Below the pieces are notes generated by a model. The model was not told where the DNA came from and ran no database searches. It saw only the letters and a program-made list of their open reading frames with translations. Of a stretch of 60,764 nucleotides of DNA, positions 39,615-48,417 are shown in pieces (positions within the stretch are counted from its first letter, which is position 1; every line of letters begins with the position of its first letter). This DNA is from an uncultured Clostridia bacterium (GTDB taxonomy: Bacteria > Bacillota > Clostridia > Oscillospirales > UBA644), in the NCBI GenBank assembly GCA_944386295.1, contig CALXAO010000013.1:1-60764 (forward strand), in the 5' to 3' direction. Made by a program: the position numbers and the translations under genes.

Positions 39615-40233
39615 ATGAAACGAATGTCTTTCGCTATTCTCGCCCTCGTCCTTTGTGTAGCTTGTTTGCTTGTATTTTCCACTTGAGGCAAAGATGACAG
39701 TGATGGTGCGGTCGATAATGACCTTGAAGAACCCGTAACCGGCGATCCCGATATTTTGGTCGCAATTTCTCTTGGTCGGAAAACACATAGCAGGTCGCAC
39801 GTGAATCTCCGACGAGACGGGCGATGAAATATTCCGTATTACCCCCGAAGTGGCATACACCAACGAGGATGTATTTGACCGTGCCAAGAATGAGATTGAC
39901 AACAGTGTTCTTCCTCCGCTTTCCTCTCATATCGAAGCGGATATTATGGCAGAATACGATATGATCTTTGTCTGCTTCCTGATTTGGTGATATGATTTTC
40001 TCACGCCTGTTTGGTCTTTCCTTGAAGAATACGACTTGTCGGGCAAAACGGTCATTCCGTTCTTTCCACACAACGGCAGATCATCGGGCCCAAGTAGTGT
40101 TTCCGCCATTGCCGAGCTTTGCCCGAACTCCAAGGTGCTGACCGATAACTATTTTACATATTCGGGCAACAATGTTGAAAACGCTGAAAGCACGGTGGAT
40201 GAAGGGCTTACTGAGCTTGGTTATATGAAATAA
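39615..40233 (+). pseudogene. Lipoprotein flavodoxin pseudogene
   Basis: Lipobox Cys codon reads TGA (39684); IW*YD; YDLSGKTVIPF. Confidence 0.7.
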
Positions 40234-40249
40234 TCATTTTAAGGAGAAC

Positions 40250-40792
40250 ATGAACATGAAAAAGGTACTTATTCTTTCAGGCAGCCCTCGCAAGGGCGGA
40301 AACTCTGATCTGCTTTGCGACGAGTTTGCAAAAGGAGCAAAGGAAGCAGGCTGTGATGTAACAAAAATTAATATCGCAGAAAAAAAAGTAAATTACTGCC
40401 TTGCTTGCTACTATTGCCGTGAGCATAACGGTGCGTGTGTACACAAGGACGATATGGCGGAAATCTTGCAGGCTATGATTGACGCCGATGTGCTTGTGCT
40501 TGCAACTCCCGTTTATTTCTATGCCATTGATGCACAGCTTAAAGCCGTAATCGACAGAACGGTTGCCCGTTGGACCCAAGTCCACGACAAGGAATTCTAC
40601 TACATTATGACTGCCGCAGATGAAGAAAAAACATCTATGACCTCAACACTTGCTTCCTTGCGCGGATATGCTAATTGTGTCAAGGGTGCAGTTGAAAAGG
40701 GTGTTGTATTCGGTACGGGCGTTTACAAAAAGGGCGAGATCATTCGTACACCCGCTATGCAAAAGGCTTATGAACTCGGTAAAAAAGTTTAA
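40250..40792 (+). CDS. NADPH-dependent FMN reductase / iron-sulfur flavoprotein family
   Basis: GSPRKGGNS, CLACYYC...C...DD, ATPVYF. Confidence 0.88.
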   Translation: MNMKKVLILSGSPRKGGNSDLLCDEFAKGAKEAGCDVTKINIAEKKVNYCLACYYCREHNGACVHKDDMAEILQAMIDADVLVLATPVYFYAIDAQLKAVIDRTVARWTQVHDKEFYYIMTAADEEKTSMTSTLASLRGYANCVKGAVEKGVVFGTGVYKKGEIIRTPAMQKAYELGKKV

Positions 40793-40799
40793 TCCGCAG

Positions 40800-41800
40800 A
40801 GTATGCAGCTTTGCTTCTCGCTGTTTGTATTCTCCTTATCGTCGGCTGTTCGGCTACGTCCGATATACCGACACGCTGTTTTTACCGAGCAACAATAATA
40901 CGCTATTGCCCCCTGCGGGCAGTGAAGTTGCAGTGCCGCCTATTCAAAAATGAAACGACCAATCCGCCTATAGAAAATACTGATTATGAGCCGTTTACAA
41001 AGGATACGCCGATCAACGAAGTAATAAGTGATCCCGCTTTCAGAGAATACGGATGGTTGATCTTTCCCGCAGATAGCGGATATTACAGCCGCAATACACT
41101 TGAAGATCTGCGTCTTACTTGGTATAACCACATTAATGTGCAGACCACCATGGGATATTTTCAATGACTTAAAAGACCGTGCTGCAAACGGCGAGCAGGT
41201 ATTTTTTGACATTTATTCCGGCGAGAAAAAAGCCGCTGATGCCGAAAAGGAAGATACGGGATTTTTCTTTTCGTTCCCTTTGCCGTCGCTTGTGCGGGCG
41301 GGCGGCTGAACGTATGTCGGTGCTATGCACGACAGTTTCCCCATGCACTTGCGCTCTCTCAAAAGGGATATAACGCATTTGCCATTATCTATCGTCCCTG
41401 CACACAAACTGTATACGAGGAGTTTGCTCGTGCGCTTTTATTCATCTTTGCTCATATCGAGGAACTGAAAGTTGATGCCGAGGGCTATTCTTGTTGGGCG
41501 GTAGTGCAGGCGGCAGAATGGTCGCAATACTTTCTTCCTACGGTGAGGCAGCCTTTTGCGGTGGGGATCATTCAGTACACAGAACACAGCAATTATAACC
41601 GAAACGGCGAGCCTGCGACCTTTGTTGTTGGCGAGAACGACGGCATTGCAAGTGCGTCGGGCATGAAACACCGTATTGGCAACCTTGCCGCTGTGGGCGT
41701 GAAAACCGAATATTACAGCTACAAAGGATTTGGATACGGCTTCGGTCTTGGTGTCGGAACGGTAGCCGAAGGTTGGTTTGACCTTGCCGTGAAGTTTTGA
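40800..41800 (+). pseudogene. Alpha/beta hydrolase pseudogene
   Basis: Pieces YVGAMHDSFPHAL, GYNAF, GFGLGVGTVAEGW in shifting frames. Confidence 0.65.
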
Positions 41801-41880
41801 TTGAAGAAGGCATCATTATTGGTTTTTATTTTCACAGCCAAAAAAAAACACCATGGCAGACTTTAATCTGTCATGGCGTT

Positions 41881-41939
41881 TAAACTGTCAAAGAACCATC
41901 ATTTACGCAAAGAGGAAACGATGGTTCTTTGACAGTCTG
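41881..41939. mobile_element. MITE-like inverted repeat with IS1182-like ends
   Basis: ACTGTCAAAGAACCATC ... GATGGTTCTTTGACAGT, a 17 bp perfect IR; hairpins on both sides. Confidence 0.6.
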
Positions 41940-41968
41940 ATTCCGAGGAATTTTCCCCCGGGATTTTT

Positions 41969-42958
41969 TCAGGCTTTTTCTAAAAAGGTTAAAATCTGAT
42001 CTAAATATGGCTGGAGAACCGCTGCGGGACTGGCGTAAATTTCATGTTTTGATCCAAGTACCAGGATCAACTGGCCCTTCGGTACAGCAGCAATCCATTT
42101 CTGTTGTTCCTGAGAGCGAACAAAGGTATCTTCTTCCGCCTGAAAGAGCAGTACCGGAGCTGTTACCTGCCGGCAGGAGGCAGGGTTTAGCAGCACAGAG
42201 GTAATTTTCAGAGATTCTAGCAGCCAGCGATAGGAGGGATTTGCATTTTGGAGCTGCGGCTGGGCTATGCGCTTACGGTGGTAGTATAAAAAGCGTTCTC
42301 GACAGGTGTCAGGAGAGGCTTCAAAGGTTTCTTTTTCCGGAAAATATCCGCCTAGACCGGCAAAAATAGCTTTTTTCCCCTTTCCCATTCGGCATGCGCA
42401 GGCTGCAATCAACCGGGCCGCTGTTCTGGGGTATCCCTGAGTTTTGGCAGCAATCATAGGCGCGGTCAATACTGCCTTTTGAAACAGGTCCGGGGTCGTC
42501 TGTAAGATCCGGGCGCCGATAGCCCCACCCATGGAATGGGCATAAAGATAACGGGGCAAAGCCGGGTCCACCGGAATGACCACATTCCGGACAAAGTCAA
42601 CAAAGTCAATCACATAATCTTCAAACCGTTCCACGTGGGTCAGCCATAACTCGGGTACCTGCCGTACCGACCTGCCATGGCCTCGGTGGTCAAGGGCAAA
42701 TACATGGTATCCTGCCTGCAGAAAATACCAGGCCATTTCCCGAAACTTTTCGGCCGACTCTACAAAGCCGTGGGAAATAACAATGATTCCCTTTGGCTTT
42801 GGAGAAAGGTATGCTTCATAAGCCAACGTTTCATTTCGGGGTGTTTGATATTTCCGTCCGGGCAGGCGGCAGGCGGCCAAGCCTGGTTCTGCTTCCTGTT
42901 CCATCCGGTCAAAAAAACGGTTGTCTTCAAATACAGAAATTTTCATCGGACGGTTCAT
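41969..42958 (-). CDS. Lysophospholipase-like alpha/beta hydrolase
   Basis: HGFVE, DHRGHGRS, AHSMGG, KHE. Confidence 0.88.
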   Translation of the reverse strand: MNRPMKISVFEDNRFFDRMEQEAEPGLAACRLPGRKYQTPRNETLAYEAYLSPKPKGIIVISHGFVESAEKFREMAWYFLQAGYHVFALDHRGHGRSVRQVPELWLTHVERFEDYVIDFVDFVRNVVIPVDPALPRYLYAHSMGGAIGARILQTTPDLFQKAVLTAPMIAAKTQGYPRTAARLIAACACRMGKGKKAIFAGLGGYFPEKETFEASPDTCRERFLYYHRKRIAQPQLQNANPSYRWLLESLKITSVLLNPASCRQVTAPVLLFQAEEDTFVRSQEQQKWIAAVPKGQLILVLGSKHEIYASPAAVLQPYLDQILTFLEKA

Positions 42959-42967
42959 CCTTTCATA

Positions 42968-43765
42968 TTATCTTCCTGCGCCGAAAAGCACGCAGAAAAC
43001 GAAAAGCATGCCTGCCAGCAAGGGCTGATGCAGCAGATAAATCCACAACGAATGCCTGCCCAAAACGCAGATCGGTCTGGCCCAGCGATAGGGTCGGTCT
43101 GAGAGCAGGGAACGGCGGTCGCTATAAAGGGTTTTTCCCAGAAAAGCGCCTACAAGCACAATTCCGACAGTGGGAAATATAGGAAACCAGTCGGCGCCGT
43201 AGGATAGGGTGCCTAGAGCAATGCGCCAGACTGTATCCCAGGTCAGAACAACACAGACGGGAGCTTCGTTCCATTGGATTCCAATTCCCACGGCTACAAT
43301 CAGTAGACCTGCGGCCAAATACACCCAACGGTTGTCCCGGAGTTTTGACAGAATGGCGTACAGCAAAAAAGCAATGGTCATGCTGTGAAGAATTCCAAAT
43401 ACAATTAAAACATCCAAATCCGCCAGCAGGGTAATCATTCCAGTGACTGCCGTGATGCAAATGGCACCAAGCGCAGTTCGGCCAGCCTTTCGGAAAATCG
43501 AATGGCTCAGAGTACAGCCGATTCCGGCTAGCAGAAGAAACAAAGTGGCAAATACATTGTGACCGATCTGTCGGAGTGTGGAGTGAAAAAACCAGTTGCC
43601 AAACTGGAACAAAGCTCCTGGAATGCTGCTTCCGTTATTGGTTAGAAGCCGGGGGAACCCGTCAGGCAGTAAGGTACAGTCAAAGCAAAAGTGATCAAAG
43701 CACATGGCCAGCAGGGCAAGGCCTCGGAGAAAGTCCAGTTCAAAAATCCTTTTTTTCTCGGGCAC
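42968..43765 (-). CDS. DUF1624 / HGSNAT-like acyltransferase membrane protein
   Basis: RIFELDFLRG, FGILH, DWFPIFP, GRHSLWIYLLHQP. Confidence 0.85.
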   Translation of the reverse strand: MPEKKRIFELDFLRGLALLAMCFDHFCFDCTLLPDGFPRLLTNNGSSIPGALFQFGNWFFHSTLRQIGHNVFATLFLLLAGIGCTLSHSIFRKAGRTALGAICITAVTGMITLLADLDVLIVFGILHSMTIAFLLYAILSKLRDNRWVYLAAGLLIVAVGIGIQWNEAPVCVVLTWDTVWRIALGTLSYGADWFPIFPTVGIVLVGAFLGKTLYSDRRSLLSDRPYRWARPICVLGRHSLWIYLLHQPLLAGMLFVFCVLFGAGR

Positions 43766-43768
43766 GGT

Positions 43769-44764
43769 TTATTTCTCCTCTTTTAAATGCTTTCGGGCGG
43801 CATCCGTAACACATCGTCCACGGGGAGTACGATTAAGAAAGCCCAGTTGCATTAAATATGGCTCGTAAACATCCTCAATGGTAACGGCTTCTTCTCCTAC
43901 CATAGCCGCTAGGGTATCCAGTCCCACCGGACCCCCATCAAACTGTGTTAAGATAGCGGTTAGCATCCGTCGGTCCAATCCGTCCAGCCCCAAACGATCG
44001 ATTTCCAGGCGGCAGAGAGCTTCATCAGCAATGGCATCCGTAATTACTCCGTTTTCGATAACCTGGGCAAAGTCCCGGACCCGTTTTAACAGCCGATTGG
44101 CAATCCGAGGAGTTCCCCGGGATCTGGATGCGATTTCCCGCGCTCCGGAAGACGTGACCTGAATGTTCAGAATTCCTGCAGAACGCTTTACAATCCGAGT
44201 CAGTTCTTCGGTGGTATACAACTCCAACCGCAGCAGTACCCCAAACCGGTCTCGGAATGGGGACGCCAGTTGTCCGGATCGTGTAGTAGCGCCGATGAGA
44301 GTAAACCGGGGAAGATCAAACCGGATCGACCGAGCCGAGGGTCCCTTACCTAAAATAATGTCAAATTCGTAGTCCTCCATGGCTGGGTAGAGAACCTCTT
44401 CTACTGTCCGGGACAAACGGTGAATTTCGTCAATAAACAAAATATCCCCCGGCTGCAGGTTGGTCAGCAGGGCCACAATATCACCTGCCTTTTCCAAAGC
44501 GGGGCCAGAGGTGATACGGATGGAGACTCCCATTTCCGCTGCAATGATGTTGGCTAGGGTTGTTTTCCCCAGACCGGGAGGGCCGTAAAGCAATACATGG
44601 TCCAAAGCTTCGTCCCGTTTCCGGGCTGCTTCAATAAAAATTCGCATGTTTTCTTTGGCTTTTTCCTGACCGATGTATTCTTCCAGTCGAGAAGGACGCA
44701 GATTTTCGGCCTCATCTTCCTGATCCAGGGTACGGGCCGACAAAAGTCTTTCGTCAAATTCCAA
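43769..44764 (-). CDS. ruvB: Holliday junction helicase RuvB
   Basis: [26 protein letters not shown]. Confidence 0.97.
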   Translation of the reverse strand: MEFDERLLSARTLDQEDEAENLRPSRLEEYIGQEKAKENMRIFIEAARKRDEALDHVLLYGPPGLGKTTLANIIAAEMGVSIRITSGPALEKAGDIVALLTNLQPGDILFIDEIHRLSRTVEEVLYPAMEDYEFDIILGKGPSARSIRFDLPRFTLIGATTRSGQLASPFRDRFGVLLRLELYTTEELTRIVKRSAGILNIQVTSSGAREIASRSRGTPRIANRLLKRVRDFAQVIENGVITDAIADEALCRLEIDRLGLDGLDRRMLTAILTQFDGGPVGLDTLAAMVGEEAVTIEDVYEPYLMQLGFLNRTPRGRCVTDAARKHLKEEK

Positions 44765-44779
44765 CCGAAATCCCTCCTT

Positions 44780-45376
44780 TTATTTCAGTGTGCCCGACAG
44801 TTGCCGCAGAGCCTGTCGAATCATATCTTCCGGGTTGTCGGCAGAGCATTTTGCTACAGCTGCCCTGGCCTCTGTCCGACTGTAGCCCAGGGCCAGCAGG
44901 GCGTTAATGGCATCCTCTTCCGTTTCTGCCAGAATGGAAGGGCGGGGGCCGCTTCCTTCGTCTGCCGAAAATCCGGTTTTGGCTAATTTGTCTTTCAGTT
45001 CCAAGCATATGCGCTGGGCCAACTTTGGCCCTACACCGGGAACCTTTGTAATCTGCCGATGGTCTCCAGCCAAAACGGCGCTTACAAGGGTGTCGGGCAA
45101 TAAGGTAGACAAAATGGCTAAAGCCACTTTTGGGCCTACGCCGCTGATAGAAATCAACTGTAAAAACAGCGTTTTTTCCTTTTCATCCCAAAAACCGTAC
45201 AGGGTCAGAGCATCTTCTTTAACATGCAGATAAGTGTAAAGTCGGATTCTGTTCTGTCCCGACAGTTCTCGGTAGGTATTCAAAGTAATATTGCAGGCAT
45301 ATCCTACCCCACCGCAGTCAATTACTGCCAGATCTGGGGTCAAATGTCCTAAAATTCCATCCAAAGAATAATACAT
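44780..45376 (-). CDS. ruvA: Holliday junction protein RuvA
   Basis: GVGY, LYGF, SGVGPK, PGVGPK, ALLALGY. Confidence 0.96.
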   Translation of the reverse strand: MYYSLDGILGHLTPDLAVIDCGGVGYACNITLNTYRELSGQNRIRLYTYLHVKEDALTLYGFWDEKEKTLFLQLISISGVGPKVALAILSTLLPDTLVSAVLAGDHRQITKVPGVGPKLAQRICLELKDKLAKTGFSADEGSGPRPSILAETEEDAINALLALGYSRTEARAAVAKCSADNPEDMIRQALRQLSGTLK

Positions 45377-45387
45377 AAAATGTCCTC

Positions 45388-45888
45388 CTACTGTCTCTGC
45401 CGGACCGTTAGATTTGAAATACCCATGGAATGGGCACAGCAGACTGCCAGTGCCAATGCATCAGCCGCATCGTCGGGGCGGGGAATCTTTTCCAGTCCCA
45501 GCAGCATACGGGTCATTTCCATGACCTGCCGCTTTTCGGCCCGTCCATAACCAGTAACCGCTTGTTTGACCTGAAGAGGCGTAAACTCATAGCATGGAAT
45601 CCTCGCTTTGCAGGCCGCAAGAAGAATTACACCCCGTCCCTGCGCCACCTGAATGCCTGTGGTAATATTGTATTTAAAAAATAGCTCTTCCACTGAAATT
45701 ACATCGGGTCTTGTTTCGGCCAGCAAAATCGAAAGCTGGTCATAAATCAACTCTAACCGCCGTTCAAAAGGGATTTTGGCCGGTGTTGTAATTGCGCCGC
45801 ACCGAGGGTCAAAAAATCGGTTTCCTTCATATCGGACGACACCCCAGCCCACAGTGCCAAACCCCGGATCTACGCCAAAAATAATCAT
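45388..45888 (-). CDS. ruvC: Holliday junction resolvase RuvC
   Basis: GVDPG, EELFF, VKQAVTGYG, DDAADA. Confidence 0.96.
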   Translation of the reverse strand: MIIFGVDPGFGTVGWGVVRYEGNRFFDPRCGAITTPAKIPFERRLELIYDQLSILLAETRPDVISVEELFFKYNITTGIQVAQGRGVILLAACKARIPCYEFTPLQVKQAVTGYGRAEKRQVMEMTRMLLGLEKIPRPDDAADALALAVCCAHSMGISNLTVRQRQ

Positions 45889-45901
45889 GTACGCTCCTTT
45901 A

Positions 45902-47251
45902 TTATAGCAGATTCCCGGTGGAATTACAAGCCGCCTCCAGGGGAATGTAGGGGAGAGTTACGTCGGTGATATTCGCACCCTCACTGGTCAGGCTCCGCCG
46001 CAATCCAGCCGCAGCAAACTGGGAAAAAAAGTCGGAAATAGCATGGTCAACGGTTTCCTCGTCATATTCGTCAAAAGTGGCTAGGCAGTAGTTGCGAATC
46101 TGCACCGGTTCCATCCGGTGTCGAGCTGCGTAATAAAGAATAAAATCGGTCAGTATCGCTCCCTCCGGATCGACAAACAAGGTTTCTGGCAAAGCCGAGA
46201 GCCCTTCGTCTGTCAGCTTGCGTTGTCGCAGCAGGGCGGTAATGAGGGTACGGGGCAACGAGGCACAGATATTATAGTGACAGACCGATTCCTCCAGAGG
46301 ACTTTCTCCCAAAGCTGCGGAAGTCAGGCTTTCCCATCCAATCCGAAGTCCTTCCCGGCCAAAGCTTGCCTTCCGGGCCCGAGCCAATGCTTCGGTTTCC
46401 GGTACAGTGTCAAAGACCTTCAGTACGGAGGCCGGCTTCCCAGCGAGGATCAAAGCCTGCTCTGCGGCCAGAAATGCCAAAATGGCTTCAGGGCGGCAAG
46501 GCAATGCCATGCAGAGTCCTTCTTGTCCCGAGGCTTGTAGGCGGGTAGAAAGAGCCTGCGTCTGGAGTTCAAAGAGACCGGACAGATAAAGTTCTGGCCG
46601 ATTCTTGCCGTAATAGGGGATCCGGATATCTCCTAGAGATTTGCGAAAAAACAACTCCGTGCTTTGATTGGTGTCTGTAACAAAGCATTCTTCGGGATAT
46701 GTCTGTACCCGGAAGGCAATTTCTTTTCCTTTCCGAAATAGGCCGCACATTCCCCGGTATACCCCTTCGGAAACACCCTCGCCCCAACCTGGGTTGGCTA
46801 CCGCCACGGTACATCCGGCGGAAGCCTTGGCGCAGAATTCTGCAATATCAGCTTCTATGCAGGGATAGGCGGTCATACTGGTGGGCAGAAGCAGCAGATC
46901 TGTCTTATCATTACCGGTATCAGATATGGCCACGGTTTTTCCCTTCCATTCAAATCGGCTTTTTTGGCTTAAGGAGCCATTTCGAAAATAAACGTTACCC
47001 ATCTGATTCAGTGAGGTAACAATAATTACCGAATGGGTTTCGGTATATTCGCAAAGCCGGTCAGCGGCCCGATCGGTCCGGTCAATAAAGCTTTTTTGAG
47101 AAAACAATGCGCCGCAGGTGGTTCCGGTCAGGGCAAAGGCGGGAAACAGGTAAAGTTCCGCCGGGTGAGCATTCATAAAAGCAATCATTCGGTCGGCGTT
47201 TTTCTCCGGGCAACCGGGAAGGACCGGCAGAACGCAGGCAAGCAGATTCAT
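45902..47251 (-). CDS. Degenerate glutamine-dependent NAD synthetase (NadE)-like protein, catalytic motifs lost
   Basis: Colinear remnants FPAFALTGTTCGALF, ANPGWGEG, LFELQTQALSTRL, LTSAALG, SLPRTL, LTDFILYY. Confidence 0.7.
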   Translation of the reverse strand: MNLLACVLPVLPGCPEKNADRMIAFMNAHPAELYLFPAFALTGTTCGALFSQKSFIDRTDRAADRLCEYTETHSVIIVTSLNQMGNVYFRNGSLSQKSRFEWKGKTVAISDTGNDKTDLLLLPTSMTAYPCIEADIAEFCAKASAGCTVAVANPGWGEGVSEGVYRGMCGLFRKGKEIAFRVQTYPEECFVTDTNQSTELFFRKSLGDIRIPYYGKNRPELYLSGLFELQTQALSTRLQASGQEGLCMALPCRPEAILAFLAAEQALILAGKPASVLKVFDTVPETEALARARKASFGREGLRIGWESLTSAALGESPLEESVCHYNICASLPRTLITALLRQRKLTDEGLSALPETLFVDPEGAILTDFILYYAARHRMEPVQIRNYCLATFDEYDEETVDHAISDFFSQFAAAGLRRSLTSEGANITDVTLPYIPLEAACNSTGNLL

Positions 47252-47734
47252 TTAAACGTCTTCCTTTCTCACAGAGCAAACTGCATAAGCGGCAATTCCT
47301 TTTTCTTCTCCAGTAAAGCCTAGCCCTTCCTCTGTTTTTCCCTTTACGTTTACCCGTTGAGGAGAAATTCCAGCGGCAGCAGCAAGCCGACAAACCATTT
47401 CCTTTGCATAGGGAAAAATCTTGGGACGTTGCATGACCAATGTGACATCAATATTCTGAGGAACAAAGCCTTTTTGCCGTAAAAAAGCAGCAGTGTCAGC
47501 TAATAGATCCAGACTGTCGGCTCCTTTCCATTGCGGGTCAGTGTCGGGATATCGGCGGCCAATATCTCCTTCTGCCGCTGCTCCCAGAAGAGCATCAATC
47601 ACTGCGTGAACCAGTGCGTCTCCGTCGGAATGACCTTCTGGTCCCCAGTCAAAGGGAATCTGAACCCCTCCTAGAATGCAGGGACGGCCTAGCACCATTC
47701 GATGTACATCATATCCAAAGCCAAACAGTGTCAT
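47252..47734 (-). CDS. ispF: MEcPP synthase IspF
   Basis: GYDVH, HSDGD, DIG, KGKTEEGLG; ATG at 47734 overlaps the trmB stop. Confidence 0.95.
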   Translation of the reverse strand: MTLFGFGYDVHRMVLGRPCILGGVQIPFDWGPEGHSDGDALVHAVIDALLGAAAEGDIGRRYPDTDPQWKGADSLDLLADTAAFLRQKGFVPQNIDVTLVMQRPKIFPYAKEMVCRLAAAAGISPQRVNVKGKTEEGLGFTGEEKGIAAYAVCSVRKEDV

Positions 47735-48417
47735 TTTCGTTCTCCTTTCGGCCGGGCCTTCACATGACAAATGGGTATTCCTTGTCTGGAAAACCGTTCT
47801 TCGTATTCGGTGTGGTAGGGATTTGCAATAATACTGCTGTGCAGGTCCCGCGTCAAATCCCATAGCTCCCAGCCGTCAGCTGCCAGCTCTTCCAAAGAAA
47901 AATTAAACAAGGAAACGTTATCGGTTTTTAACTCCAGCCAGCCTTCCGGTCGAAGAATTGTCCGATATCGATGTAAAAAAAACCGGTGAGTCAACCGCCG
48001 TTCAGCGTCCCTGTTTCGGGGCCAAGGGTCGGAAAAATTTAGATAGAGAACTTCTGCTGCCGCTTGGGGACAAAGAGCCGGGTGATCCACTGTTTCAAAA
48101 ATCGGCTGGCCTTTTTCCTTTCCCATATACCGGCGTTCCTTGCTCCCGGTCAGATCCCAGGCGTCTCCCAACAAGAATTTCAGGTTATTTAATCCGGCTG
48201 CTTGGGCCTTTTCAGCGGCCATGACAATTACGTCGGCTACCTTTTCTACACCCACAAATTGGCAGTTGGGAAAATCTGCTGCCATGGCCGACAAAAACGT
48301 ACCCTTACCGCATCCAATTTCTATTTGCAAATGTTCTGTCGGTTCCACCCAGGAAATCATCCAAGGGGCTACCTTTTCCAACCGAAGTTGGGTGTTTTTT
48401 TTCTTTCTTGCTCTCAT
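47731..48417 (-). CDS. trmB: tRNA (guanine-N7) methyltransferase
   Basis: EIGCGKG, NFSDPWP, RRLT, KTDN, TEYE. Confidence 0.95.
   Translation of the reverse strand: MRARKKKNTQLRLEKVAPWMISWVEPTEHLQIEIGCGKGTFLSAMAADFPNCQFVGVEKVADVIVMAAEKAQAAGLNNLKFLLGDAWDLTGSKERRYMGKEKGQPIFETVDHPALCPQAAAEVLYLNFSDPWPRNRDAERRLTHRFFLHRYRTILRPEGWLELKTDNVSLFNFSLEELAADGWELWDLTRDLHSSIIANPYHTEYEERFSRQGIPICHVKARPKGERK

Larger units (their letters stand above)
33407..41850. mobile_element. Decaying integrated island (IME remnant) with redox and hydrolase cargo
   Basis: Recombinase remnant at left; many pseudogenes; different codon style; hairpin and MITE at right; limits approximate. Confidence 0.65.

Noticed and set aside
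39615-40233. TGA at Cys and Trp positions suggesting recoding or selenocysteine
   Set aside because: The same region has frameshifts, and TGA is used as a normal stop in core genes such as smpB, parA and rpmH.
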